Below, piece after piece: positions 1 through 9,743 of a stretch of 64,000 bases of DNA; position 1 is the stretch's first letter, and every line of letters begins with the position of its first letter. The position numbers and the translations under genes were made by a program. The DNA comes from Christensenellaceae bacterium (GTDB lineage: Bacteria; Bacillota; Clostridia; Christensenellales; CALMFG01). Under the pieces are notes generated by a model, which had not been told where the DNA came from, ran no database searches, and saw nothing but the letters and a program-made list of their open reading frames with translations. The DNA is taken from the NCBI GenBank assembly GCA_963666035.2, contig CAXXJI010000006.1, positions 2,819 through 66,818 on the forward strand, given 5' to 3'.

Positions 1-1788
1 ATCATCTACTGGTTTAATCCGTTGGTGTATGCGGCCAGCAATGCTTTTCTGGAGGATATTGAGATTGCCTGCGATGAGGTGGTCAAGAAGAAGCACAGCC
101 GGGCACAAATGCTGGAATACTCCCAAGGCTTGTTGGACGTCATCCGCCTCTCACAAGGAGAGATTAAACTGCCAACCGCAATTTCTTTCTGTAAGGACAC
201 GACCAAGATCAGAAAGCGAGTGGAGAATATGCTGAAACCCAAAAGAAAATCGAAACTGATGATGACGATTACCCTGATATTGATGGCGGCGTTTGCCTTT
301 GGGTGTTTTACAACCGCCTGCAGACCCGAACAAACGGATGCAGTCGCAACGCCTGCTGTGCAGGACATAACCGAAACTGAAACAATGGGAAATACAACGG
401 CACCACGTGAAGAAAGTGCCTTCACTCCGGTTGGCACCGAGGAAAACGCGATGGCGATTGTCAAAGCGCATAACCTGACTGGCACAGACAAGTTCCGGTA
501 TGATGAACTGATGGATGATATCCTGCCGTTCCATATCATCAATAGCGCGGATGGAACGGGGACCCTTTACCAAATCTATGATTTTAACGGTGAGATTCTG
601 CAGGCGGCAATCGAAAGTAATTTTAATGAAAACAAAGCGACGATCAGCGAGGAAGAAGCCGTGGAAATGGTTCAACCGATTATCGACAGACTATATGATG
701 ATGTCGAGCTGACAGTGACCAGCTGTGTTTTAAGCCGAGGGTCGTTCTTCGATATTTCGGGAACTCTCTATAAACCGAGCGAGGGAAGCACGCGTAAATT
801 TGGAATGTCTCTAAATGGCGACGGAGAATTTTGCGCTATCATCGCGCCCTATGATGCGCTGTATGTCGTGGGGGCTTCGGATGAATTGCGCAGCAAAGTG
901 CTTGCGTATTCCCAGATTGACGATGTGGAACTGAAGTTGCATGATGTTGACACCAGCAGCGGTGAGGCGATTTATACCATTGCGCTAAACGGTACAGACA
1001 GCCCGACCATGGGCGATCAGATGGTCAAGATCAACGCATCAGATCTATCGCTTCTGGAGTATACGTCCTATCTCGGCAGAACCAACGCACACTTGACCAT
1101 GGCGGATTACCAAATAGAGAATGCGGCGCGCAGCCTGATTGCCGACTACTATCCCATGTTCTCCAACGTGGTATTCAAGGCAGTGGAAAAATCCTACAGC
1201 GAGGGGTCGGTTTTGGCAGAAGCCGTGGGCTGCGACGGGCAGATATATGTCTCGGTCTGGGCGGACGGCAGCATTAAAACCATCAAGCTGATAGACCCGG
1301 CGGGCGGCAGCAAAGCCAGCGCCGACAAAGCGCAGGAGGCAATGGCAAAGCTTAAGGAATATTACGTTGACTTGACAGCCGGAAAGGATATGACCCTGCT
1401 TCGCGTGTATAACGACCTCAGTAATGAAAACAATGTGGTCTACGAGTTTATGTATCAGTCCGCCAACCCCAGCATACGCGATTATTCCTTTGTGGCTGCC
1501 GTGACGCACGACACCGAAAACGATCGGTACTACGCAAAGATCAGCCCGGATTATGATGAGATATCCATCATCAGCGAGGATGAAGCCATTGAAAAAGCCA
1601 GGCAGATCATCGCCGAAAGAGAAGGGATTGACCCGAAAAATTTGCAGAAGATTGAGTACTGCGGGCTGGAGGAAATGAGCATTTTGTATTACGAAGTCTC
1701 CTTCCTCTATGACAATACAGGATACAGCGTGCGCCTGTATGCAGACACCGGCGAACCCGAGGGGGGATCCGAATTGCACCTGGATTAA
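1..1788 (+). CDS. BlaR1/MecR1-type M56 peptidase-family sensor, C-terminal part (5' end lies outside the window), with one TM helix and a non-PBP extracellular domain ending in a PepSY-like module
   Basis: Frame 1 is open from nt 1. IIYWFNPLVYAASNAFLEDIEIACDEVV matches the conserved M56 block. Hydrophobic LMMTITLILMAAFAFGCFTTAC follows. The C-terminus ISEDEAIEKARQIIAEREGI..YYEVSF..YSVRLYADTGE looks PepSY-like. Confidence 0.7.
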   Translation: MIYWFNPLVYAASNAFLEDIEIACDEVVKKKHSRAQMLEYSQGLLDVIRLSQGEIKLPTAISFCKDTTKIRKRVENMLKPKRKSKLMMTITLILMAAFAFGCFTTACRPEQTDAVATPAVQDITETETMGNTTAPREESAFTPVGTEENAMAIVKAHNLTGTDKFRYDELMDDILPFHIINSADGTGTLYQIYDFNGEILQAAIESNFNENKATISEEEAVEMVQPIIDRLYDDVELTVTSCVLSRGSFFDISGTLYKPSEGSTRKFGMSLNGDGEFCAIIAPYDALYVVGASDELRSKVLAYSQIDDVELKLHDVDTSSGEAIYTIALNGTDSPTMGDQMVKINASDLSLLEYTSYLGRTNAHLTMADYQIENAARSLIADYYPMFSNVVFKAVEKSYSEGSVLAEAVGCDGQIYVSVWADGSIKTIKLIDPAGGSKASADKAQEAMAKLKEYYVDLTAGKDMTLLRVYNDLSNENNVVYEFMYQSANPSIRDYSFVAAVTHDTENDRYYAKISPDYDEISIISEDEAIEKARQIIAEREGIDPKNLQKIEYCGLEEMSILYYEVSFLYDNTGYSVRLYADTGEPEGGSELHLD

Positions 1789-1795
1789 AAAGATG

Positions 1796-1830
1796 AAAAG
1801 CGCTGGACGAAAAATCCGGCGCTTTTTAAT
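1796..1830. terminator. Rho-independent terminator between convergent genes
   Basis: Stem aaaagcgctgga / tccggcgctttt (one G-U pair) with a 7-nt loop. The flanks are A-rich on the 5' side and T-rich on the 3' side. Confidence 0.7.
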
Positions 1831-1852
1831 TTCATAAGGTTTTAGGTGCGGA

Positions 1853-2830
1853 TTATATGATGACAGACAGGATGTCTTCCAAACTGATTTGATAGATCAT
1901 CTGTCCGGCGTTTGCTCTTTCCAGCACGGAGCGCACAGCGGCGGGGGTATAGCGGACATCTATCAATGCGCACTTTAGCTGCTCCAAATCACCTTGGGCA
2001 AAAAAGTCGCCGTAAAACGCAATATCCTTGATGATGCCGCCCGTCACTTCAACCGAGACAGACAGCTTTCCGCCGGCAAAGCGGTTTTCTTTGGCGATGT
2101 TGAATTGCGGGGATTTGCCGAAGTTCCACTCCCAGGTATCAAACTGTACCGCTTTGATCTGATTGACTGCAGAAATATCCGCATCCGACAGGTGATATGT
2201 TTCCATATCACGAGTTAGAAAATCAATCATCAATTCGGCAAAGGCTACGCTGGACAGCTTTTTCGGCATATAGTCGATGATATTGGTGACCCGCTGGCGA
2301 ACCGATTTGATGCCTTTGGCGATGATTTTCTCATCGTCCGGGTTCAGCGCGCGTACCAGTTGGTCAAGGTTGGTATCGTAAAGCAAAGAACCGTGATGCA
2401 GATTGACCTGGTTATTTTTATACTGCGCATTGCCTGATATTTTTTTGCCGTCCACCAAAAGGTCGTTACGGCCGGAAAGGCTGGCGCGGACACCGACGGA
2501 GGCCAGTGCGTCGATGACCGGTGCGGTGAAATGCGCAAAATCAATATTCTTACCGACGGGGTTTTTGGTGATGAAGGAAAACTGCCAGCCGCCCATGTCG
2601 GTGTAAATGGTTCCGCCACCTGTGATACGCCGCACGATGTTGATATTATTTTTTTCGGCAAAATCCATATTGATTTCGGCCGGTGTGTTTTGGAAACGGC
2701 CGACCATCAGTGTCGGCGATGTCCGCCAGAACAAAAAATAGGCGTCCGCGATATCCAGCGTTTCCATGACGTATTTCTCCAACGCAAAGTTAAAATTGGC
2801 ATCGGTGGATTGGTGATCGATGAAAATCAT
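1853..2830 (-). CDS. lplA: Lipoate-protein ligase A
   Basis: 325 aa. N-terminus MIFIDHQSTDANFNFALEKYV and RRITGGGTIYTDMGGWQFSFI are typical of LplA/BPL_LplA_LipB. RBS gagggag lies upstream. Confidence 0.8.
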   Translation of the reverse strand: MIFIDHQSTDANFNFALEKYVMETLDIADAYFLFWRTSPTLMVGRFQNTPAEINMDFAEKNNINIVRRITGGGTIYTDMGGWQFSFITKNPVGKNIDFAHFTAPVIDALASVGVRASLSGRNDLLVDGKKISGNAQYKNNQVNLHHGSLLYDTNLDQLVRALNPDDEKIIAKGIKSVRQRVTNIIDYMPKKLSSVAFAELMIDFLTRDMETYHLSDADISAVNQIKAVQFDTWEWNFGKSPQFNIAKENRFAGGKLSVSVEVTGGIIKDIAFYGDFFAQGDLEQLKCALIDVRYTPAAVRSVLERANAGQMIYQISLEDILSVII

Positions 2831-3075
2831 GATTTTCTCCCTCTGTTAGGTGGCGCTTTGGATGATTTGATATAAAAAGCGACTGAACTGATAATATGAT
2901 ATCGCAAAATAGACGATGAAACAAGGCAAATCAAGGAGATCATTCACGATGGAGCACGACGATAGATGCTCTGCGCCGCGTCATATCTTAAAAAGTCTGA
3001 ACGATTCTTGGCGGGTGCGGAGCTTGAAATCAATAAGTGTTGTTTTAATTCGGGAGAAAAACACTTAAAAGTGAA

Positions 3076-3116
3076 AACCCAAAAAAGGCACCTGCGAAAG
3101 GCGCCTTTTTTGGGTT
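3076..3116. terminator. Long symmetric hairpin terminator downstream of the HAD gene
   Basis: aacccaaaaaaggcacc-tgcgaaa-ggcgccttttttgggtt. The stem is GC-rich with A6/T6 arms, so it could work in both directions. Confidence 0.7.
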
Positions 3117-3219
3117 AAGTATCAGTTTATTATTTAGAGGAAAAAGCATATAAAATCTTTGTACTGGCTTTGCGACATCTGCGGTTCAGCTTTACGCCTT
3201 AGACCATCAGAAAGCGAAA

Positions 3220-3894
3220 CTACCGGAGCAGGGTTCCTTTTTCGTTCAATACTATGTCGGTGATCTCCGCGTGCTGGGTGACAAGGAAATCGGCCGCAGA
3301 TAAATCGAAATCGGATACGCCTTCGGATGAGAAAGCATTCAAATCGCTGCTGATGCCGATAGAAATGCATTGGTTTGCATTGCCGGCCTCAACGTCCTCT
3401 GCCCGGTCGCCTGCCATATATACAGCATAGCCCAAGTAATCCCGCATGAGGTTTCCCAAAGCCTCTTTCTTGCTGATACCCGCGCGCGCATACCATATTG
3501 TATCGAAATATTGGGTGAGTCCAAACTTATCAAGCAATGGGTATAGATAGTCTTTGGCGCCGTTGGAACAGACACACAAAGCGACACCGGCATCAAACAG
3601 AGATTTTAGCATCTGCGAAACATCCGGATGGCATACGGCGTGATCTGTTATAAAATCTGCCGCAAAATAGACGATATCGTCACAGAAAGCGGCGATTTCC
3701 TCGCTTGTGGGCGTCTGCACCAATCGCGCGGCGATATCGGGGAGCGTGTCACCCACGCTTTGTACCAGCTGTTCATGGGTCATTTCGGGCAGACCTCTTT
3801 TTGCCAGCGCGCGATTCATAGCATACACGTTGACTTCATAGGTCTGAAAGAATAATGTTCCGTCAAAATCAAAAACGGCTAAAGTTTTTCTCAC
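3220..3894 (-). CDS. HAD-superfamily phosphatase (phosphoglycolate phosphatase-like)
   Basis: GTG start with a GAGGTG RBS. The N-terminal motif is AVFDFDGTLF (DxDGT). 224 aa. Confidence 0.75.
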   Translation of the reverse strand: MRKTLAVFDFDGTLFFQTYEVNVYAMNRALAKRGLPEMTHEQLVQSVGDTLPDIAARLVQTPTSEEIAAFCDDIVYFAADFITDHAVCHPDVSQMLKSLFDAGVALCVCSNGAKDYLYPLLDKFGLTQYFDTIWYARAGISKKEALGNLMRDYLGYAVYMAGDRAEDVEAGNANQCISIGISSDLNAFSSEGVSDFDLSAADFLVTQHAEITDIVLNEKGTLLR

Positions 3895-3930
3895 GATGCA
3901 CCTCGATAAAATAATCGTTTTGTAATGTTA

Positions 3931-3960
3931 TTGACAAATATCGTTACAGCTTGATATACT
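3931..3960 (+). promoter_or_regulatory. Candidate sigma-A promoter (TTGACA-18-TATACT)
   Basis: ttgaca at 3931-3936 and tatact at 3955-3960, in an AT-rich gap about 200 nt upstream of the SGNH gene. Confidence 0.45.
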
Positions 3961-4155
3961 GACCATATGAAATAATATGAACTAATATAGCTATAATGCT
4001 TCATTATTCGGTCCAATTACTTCATATATGAAACAAAATGACGTGTATATGCACTAAAAGCGACGTTATATATCAATATTAATCATTATACTGTGTTTTT
4101 ACGAAAAAGCAATTAAAATAATCATTATATTTTCGAGAAATGAGAGGTATGACGA

Positions 4156-4788
4156 ATGAAGTACATTTTATGTTATGGCGATTCGAACACGTGGGGGTGT
4201 ATTCCGGAAACGTTCGGCAGGTATGAGTACGATGTTCGTTGGCCAGGCGTAATGCATGCCGCCTTGGGTGAGGACTATCACATTTATGAAAATGCCCTGA
4301 ATGGAAGAACCACCGTCTTTGAAGATTATATTGAAGAAGGACGCAACGGGAAGGTTGGTCTTCCGGTTGTACTGGAAAGCAGTGCGCCGCTGGATCTGGT
4401 CATCTTCATGCTGGGCACCAATGATGTTAAAAACCGCTTTTCGATGCCGGCATGGGATATTGCTTGGGGAATGGAGCTTCTGATTCAGTATGTCAAACGT
4501 GCGAACTGCGGACGCGACGGAAAATGCCCAAAGATTCTGCTTTGCAGTCCCATAGAGCTTGGCACTGAATGGGAGAAAACGCGGCTGGGGACGGTATTCA
4601 GCATGGAATCCACGCAGAAAAGCCGTGAACTGGCGGAAAAATACCGCGAGATTGCCAAAATACATGGTTGTGAGTTTTTTGAGGCAGGTAAAGTCGCCAA
4701 ACCTTCTGTGGACTGCGTCCACATGGCGCCCGAGTCGCATCAGGAACTGGGCATGGCGATTGCGCAAAAAGTAAAAGAAATGATATAG
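4156..4788 (+). CDS. SGNH/GDSL-family hydrolase (esterase/deacetylase)
   Basis: Block I motif CYGDSNTWG sits at the N-terminus, followed by GTNDV. 210 aa. Confidence 0.8.
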   Translation: MKYILCYGDSNTWGCIPETFGRYEYDVRWPGVMHAALGEDYHIYENALNGRTTVFEDYIEEGRNGKVGLPVVLESSAPLDLVIFMLGTNDVKNRFSMPAWDIAWGMELLIQYVKRANCGRDGKCPKILLCSPIELGTEWEKTRLGTVFSMESTQKSRELAEKYREIAKIHGCEFFEAGKVAKPSVDCVHMAPESHQELGMAIAQKVKEMI

Positions 4789-4799
4789 AGGAAAACGAA

Positions 4800-5888
4800 A
4801 TGGACTTAAAACAAACATTAGAACGGTTTATGATGACGCCTGCGGTTTCGGGTTATGAAAACGAAATGGCGGCGGCGATGATTGAGGAGATCAAGCCTTT
4901 TGCGGATGATATTTCAGTGGATCGCATCGGCAATGTGATTGCCAAAATTGAAGGAAGCGATAAGGAAGCGCCGGTGGTGATGGTTTATGCCCATCTGGAT
5001 CAGCTTGGGTTTATCGTGAGAAAGATTGAACTGGACGGTTTTATTCAGGTGGACCGCTTGGGCGGAATCCCTGAAAAAGCGCTGCCCGGGCTGGAGGTGA
5101 TTATCCGCACCAAATCAGGCGGATACGTGGATGGTGTCATCGGGATGAAGTCCCACCACGCAACCGGGCCGGAAGAGAAATATAAAGTTGATCTGGTCAC
5201 CAGCCTGCATATCGACATCGGCGCGAAAAGCGCGGCAGAGGTGCGGGAAGCCGGCATTGAGATTGGGTGTCCGGCACAGTATAAACCACAGTTTAATTCT
5301 CTGCTTGGGGATATGATCTATGGTACCGCGGCGGATGATCGCGGCGGTTGTGCGGCGCTGGTTCATATCGCTTCGATTTTGAAAGATAATCGTCCGAAGT
5401 CAGACGTGTATCTTGTGGGGACAGTTTGGGAGGAATTCAACCTGCGTGGCGCGATGATAGCCGCACGTACGGTGAATCCGGATATCGCGATCTGTCTGGA
5501 TGTGGTGCTGGCGGGGGATACGCACGATTTGAAAGTGCGCTATGAGGACAAAATCGGACTGGGTCCGTGTATCAATATGTACTCGTTCCATGGAAGAGGT
5601 ACATTGAACGGCACACTGCCGCATGCGGGGTTGGTAAAGCTGGCCGAAGCGACAGGCGAGGCGGACAAAATCCCTATCCAATATTTTGCCGGCGTGGGTA
5701 TTCTGACGGATTCGTCCTATATTCAGCTGGAAAACAAAGGGGTTGCCGCCATTGAGCTTGGTTACCCGGCACGATATACGCACACGCCGGTGGAGGTATG
5801 TTCTTTGGGTGATATAGAACAGCTGAGCCAGCTGGTCGCCGGAATGGCTGTGCGGATTGACCGGAATTTCAACCTAAACAGATACTAA
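4800..5888 (+). CDS. M42-family metallopeptidase-like protein (FrvX/SgcX/YpdE type)
   Basis: 362 aa. AHLDQLGF, DDRGGCAAL and a C-terminal YTHTPVE are typical of the M42 'glutamyl aminopeptidase/endoglucanase-like' family. Confidence 0.8.
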   Translation: MDLKQTLERFMMTPAVSGYENEMAAAMIEEIKPFADDISVDRIGNVIAKIEGSDKEAPVVMVYAHLDQLGFIVRKIELDGFIQVDRLGGIPEKALPGLEVIIRTKSGGYVDGVIGMKSHHATGPEEKYKVDLVTSLHIDIGAKSAAEVREAGIEIGCPAQYKPQFNSLLGDMIYGTAADDRGGCAALVHIASILKDNRPKSDVYLVGTVWEEFNLRGAMIAARTVNPDIAICLDVVLAGDTHDLKVRYEDKIGLGPCINMYSFHGRGTLNGTLPHAGLVKLAEATGEADKIPIQYFAGVGILTDSSYIQLENKGVAAIELGYPARYTHTPVEVCSLGDIEQLSQLVAGMAVRIDRNFNLNRY

Positions 5889-5904
5889 AAACGAGGCGCA
5901 GACT

Positions 5905-7416
5905 ATGAAATATTTTATGGGAATAGATATTGGCACATTCGAGAGCAAGGGCGCAATCGTCGATGAAAACGGTAAAATCATTGCAACGCACGCTTGCCCG
6001 CACCAGATGGAATCCCCCAAACCGGGATATGCGGAGCATGATGCCGAAAAGACATGGTGGAAGGATTTATGTGAAATATCGAACGCCATGATCGCCGCTT
6101 CGGGCGTGGACGCCAAGGAGATTGCAGGTTTTGGGTGCTCCACTATCGCGCCCTGCTGCCTGCCGGTGGACGCAAACTGCAAACCGCTGAGAAAAGCGAT
6201 TTTATACGGTGTGGATGTCCGTGCGGGGAAAGAGATTGAATATCTGAACGACCGCTACGGGGAGGATGCAATCTTTGAAAAATGCGGCACAGCGGTAACG
6301 TCCCAGTCTGCGGCGGCGAAGATCCTATGGATTAAAAACAACGAGCCGGAAGTTTATGAAAATGCGGCAAAATTCGTGACCGGAGCGACGTTTCTGGTGG
6401 CGCGGTTGACCGGTGAATATGTGATTGACCATTACACGGCGGCCACATGGGTGCCGATATACGATGTGGAAAAAGCCGATTGGGTGAAAAAAGATTTGGA
6501 GCTTTTCTGCCGGAGAGACCAGCTGGCGGATTGCCGCTGGACAGACGAGATTGCGGGATATGTGACCAAAGAAGCCGCTGAACAGACCGGACTTTGCGAG
6601 GGCACGCCGGTGGTGACCGGCACGGCGGATGCGTCTGCGGAAGCTCTGAGTGTGGGCGTGACGTCACCCGGCGATATGATGCTGATGTATGGTTCCAGCA
6701 TTTTTATCATCCATGTGGTGGATCGCTTTTTGACGGACAAGCGTCTTTGGGCAGGACCTTATATGTTCAAAGGCACCTACGCGATTGCGGCAGGGATGTC
6801 CACATCCGGTACGCTGACAAGGTGGTTTAGGGACAACTTTGCCAAAGACGTTTTGGAAGAACAGGAAAAGACGGGCAAAAACGCATATGCGATTATGTCG
6901 GAATGGACAAAGGATGTACCGACGGGGTCCAAAGGATTGGTGGTACTGCCCTATTTCAGCGGCGAGCGCACACCCATCAACGATACGCAGGCCAAAGGCA
7001 TGATCTTCGGGCTCAATCTTCTGCATACGCGGGAAGATGTCTATCAGGCATGTCTGGAAGGTGTGGGCTACGGCATCGGACAGCATTTTGACATATTCGA
7101 TGCGCGGAACTTTGGCACTAAAAAAGTAATGGCAGTCGGCGGCGGTGTGAAAAACGAAAAATGGCTACAGATTGTAACGGACATCAGCGGAAAGGAACAG
7201 CATGTGGCGGAAATTTCGCTGGGAGCGGCGTACGGCGATGCGCTTCTGGCGGCTTTGGGCGTGGGCTTCTACAAGGATGTTGATGCACTGACGCGCGGGA
7301 TTGCGCTGGATAAAACGATCAAACCAGATTTGGCCAACACGGAGATATACCAGCCGTATAAAGACCGTTACACGCGACTTTATACATCGACAAAAGCAAT
7401 CATGCATGAATTTTGA
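5905..7416 (+). CDS. FGGY-family carbohydrate kinase (xylulokinase-like)
   Basis: MGIDIGTFESKG ATPase motif. A C-terminal GGGVKNEKWLQIVTDISG block. 503 aa. Confidence 0.85.
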   Translation: MKYFMGIDIGTFESKGAIVDENGKIIATHACPHQMESPKPGYAEHDAEKTWWKDLCEISNAMIAASGVDAKEIAGFGCSTIAPCCLPVDANCKPLRKAILYGVDVRAGKEIEYLNDRYGEDAIFEKCGTAVTSQSAAAKILWIKNNEPEVYENAAKFVTGATFLVARLTGEYVIDHYTAATWVPIYDVEKADWVKKDLELFCRRDQLADCRWTDEIAGYVTKEAAEQTGLCEGTPVVTGTADASAEALSVGVTSPGDMMLMYGSSIFIIHVVDRFLTDKRLWAGPYMFKGTYAIAAGMSTSGTLTRWFRDNFAKDVLEEQEKTGKNAYAIMSEWTKDVPTGSKGLVVLPYFSGERTPINDTQAKGMIFGLNLLHTREDVYQACLEGVGYGIGQHFDIFDARNFGTKKVMAVGGGVKNEKWLQIVTDISGKEQHVAEISLGAAYGDALLAALGVGFYKDVDALTRGIALDKTIKPDLANTEIYQPYKDRYTRLYTSTKAIMHEF

Positions 7417-7437
7417 TACAATACTATGGGGGAAAAA

Positions 7438-7480
7438 CAGGGCGCCTGCGAATGAGATTTTCGCAAGCGCCCTTGTTCTT
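7438..7480. terminator. Bidirectional terminator between convergent genes
   Basis: cagggcgcctgcgaa / ttcgcaagcgccct, a 14-bp stem with one mismatch and a T-rich tail. Confidence 0.75.
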
Positions 7481-7499
7481 TATATCGGTTTTTTTCGTC

Positions 7500-8651
7500 T
7501 TAGAGGATCACCGCTTCTTTCATGTTTTTGTCCGTGAAATCCGGCATCTTCATGGGCCGTCCGCCGTTCATAGCCGACAGCTCGGACAGCAGCGCAACCG
7601 CTGACCATTCGCAAGCCTCATAGATATTGACCGGAGATTCGATTTCGCCTCGGATGGCACGGATGAAGTCCTGAACCACATAATAATCGCCGCCGCACGT
7701 GTTGTAGTCGCCGTTTTCGGCCAGTTTCTTTGCGCCCTCCGGCATATTCCGGTAATTTTCTGGCAGAAGGTCTGCGTAATCCCACAGGCTGTTCCATTGG
7801 ATGCCGCGGGAGATGCGTGCTTTTCCGTCGCCGAAATAAGCCCAAGGATCGCCCTGCTGGCCTAATGGACCGCGGGGAAGTTCGATGCACCCTTTTGTGC
7901 CCTGAAGCTGGAAATATGCGTTTTGATTTGGACGGGGGGACATGACGTCCACGCGCACCTTGACCAGCTTGCCGCTTTTCAATCGTAGCATGGTGATGGT
8001 GGTGTCTTCTTGGCGGAACTCCGGCGCCACATAGGGACCGACGCCAAAGCAGGAAACCTCATCGATATGGTCGCCCTTGAACCATTTCATCAGCGGGCCA
8101 ACACAGTGCGTGGGATAAAAACTGCCGCGCTTGCCCACTTGCCAGTATTGACGCCAGGACCGTGAACCGTCCGCAAACGAAAGCCAGGAGCGGATATCTT
8201 CGATATACTCGCCTTCGCCATAGTAGAGCTCTCCAAACATCCCGTCCGCGATCAGTTTTTGGATCAGCACGACATCCGGTCTGTAGCAGTAGTTTTCGCA
8301 CATCATAAATACTTGATTCGAGTTTTCCACGGTTTTTTTCATCCAGAAAAGTTCGTCCATGGAGACGCCCAGCGTCACTTCGGAAAGCACATGTTTTCCA
8401 GCGTTCAACGCCAAAAGATTCTGGGGGGTGTGGAAGTGCATGGGGGTTGCGACAAACACGGCGTCAATGTCCGTGCTGATCATATCCTCAAACAAACGAA
8501 AAGTTTGGGGAATACCATACTCGTTTTTAGCCAAATCACATACGTCCTGACTTATATCGCAAAACGCGGCGACTTGAACGTCTTCCATGTCTACGAAGCC
8601 CGGCATGTAATTCAATCCGCGTTTTCCCGCGATACCGACTTTAATACTCAT
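7500..8651 (-). CDS. Gfo/Idh/MocA-family NAD(P)-dependent oxidoreductase
   Basis: 383 aa. The N-terminal Rossmann segment is KVGIAGKRGLNYMP..FCDIS. The EKP-like motif is replaced by VLSEV. Confidence 0.75.
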   Translation of the reverse strand: MSIKVGIAGKRGLNYMPGFVDMEDVQVAAFCDISQDVCDLAKNEYGIPQTFRLFEDMISTDIDAVFVATPMHFHTPQNLLALNAGKHVLSEVTLGVSMDELFWMKKTVENSNQVFMMCENYCYRPDVVLIQKLIADGMFGELYYGEGEYIEDIRSWLSFADGSRSWRQYWQVGKRGSFYPTHCVGPLMKWFKGDHIDEVSCFGVGPYVAPEFRQEDTTITMLRLKSGKLVKVRVDVMSPRPNQNAYFQLQGTKGCIELPRGPLGQQGDPWAYFGDGKARISRGIQWNSLWDYADLLPENYRNMPEGAKKLAENGDYNTCGGDYYVVQDFIRAIRGEIESPVNIYEACEWSAVALLSELSAMNGGRPMKMPDFTDKNMKEAVIL

Positions 8652-8666
8652 TTTTCTACTCCTTAT

Positions 8667-9680
8667 CTATAGTTGAATTTTTGCTTCCTGCTCGGCCGAA
8701 TCTCGGATGGCACAAGCGATTTTAATCACATCGAGGTTTTCTTCGTGGGGCACTCTTTCGGGTTGACGGCCGCTGTTGACGCAATCCAAGAAGTACTCAA
8801 GTTGCTTGGTGTAAGCGTCGTATTGGGGCAGGGGAGTCACCTCTGCGGGTTGTCCGCCGCGGTATATTTTGATCTCACTGTCGACAGCACCGCGCTCACC
8901 GATGTTCTCGCCGGCTCTGTAGACCATTTCGACGGTAGCTTTGGTGCCGACCAGCTGAAGACTCATCGAAAACGGATAAGCGCCCTGCATATTAAAAGAG
9001 GTCTGCGCCACGGCTTTTGTCCCGTTCTTAAAAGCAATGGTGCTGAAAGCGGAATTGAAGCACTGGGTTTCGTCCTTTTTTGCGGCGCAAAATACATAAT
9101 CGGCAGGACCAAGGAGCGCACGCAGATAGTCGATGTCATGTACATGCATATCCAGGATAGCGCCTTGGCCGCGCTTGGGGTCCACAAGCCAGGTATTTCC
9201 CCAGGCCTGCATCACCGAACAGCGTGTCGCATAGGCTAAATAGATATCGCCGAGTTCACCGTTGTTTTTCATTTCCATGATTTCTGCGTATCCCGGCCAG
9301 AAGCGCACCACCTGCGCTGTCATAAAGACAACACTTGCATTGTGGACACTGTCAAGGATCGCCTCGACATCGTCAACAGACAAAGCCAGCGGTTTTTCAC
9401 ACAGGATATTTTTTCCGTGCGCCGCACAAACGGCCACGATGGGGCGGTGAACAAAGGTGGGAGCGGCGATAATCACCGTATCCAGCTCAGGATGTGCCGC
9501 AAACATAGCCTCAGGGGTGGTGTAATGAGGGCATCCGTCATTTTCTGCGGCGAGCACGGAAGCGCTTTTCTCATCAATGTCGCACACGGCGGACAGCACT
9601 GCGGTCGGTATCGCCTTGATGGCGTTTGCGTGACTGCGGCTGATCATGCCTGCCCCAATAATTCCAATATGGTTCATCAT
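8667..9680 (-). CDS. Gfo/Idh/MocA-family NAD(P)-dependent oxidoreductase
   Basis: 337 aa. IGIIGAGMISRSHANAI is the Rossmann motif and ILCEKPLA is the family signature. Confidence 0.85.
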   Translation of the reverse strand: MMNHIGIIGAGMISRSHANAIKAIPTAVLSAVCDIDEKSASVLAAENDGCPHYTTPEAMFAAHPELDTVIIAAPTFVHRPIVAVCAAHGKNILCEKPLALSVDDVEAILDSVHNASVVFMTAQVVRFWPGYAEIMEMKNNGELGDIYLAYATRCSVMQAWGNTWLVDPKRGQGAILDMHVHDIDYLRALLGPADYVFCAAKKDETQCFNSAFSTIAFKNGTKAVAQTSFNMQGAYPFSMSLQLVGTKATVEMVYRAGENIGERGAVDSEIKIYRGGQPAEVTPLPQYDAYTKQLEYFLDCVNSGRQPERVPHEENLDVIKIACAIRDSAEQEAKIQL

Positions 9681-9743
9681 GCAACCTCCTTATATATTTA
9701 ATTTAAATATGCGTTTGTTTGATGATATAAGATGATGTGAGCC

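Noticed and set aside
2949-3068. A 39-codon plus-strand ORF (MEHDDRCSAPRHILK...) with AAGGAG 10 nt upstream, between lplA and the HAD gene.
   Set aside because: The region is more simply explained as the lplA promoter and leader on the opposite strand. The peptide has no recognisable features and the RBS spacing is long.
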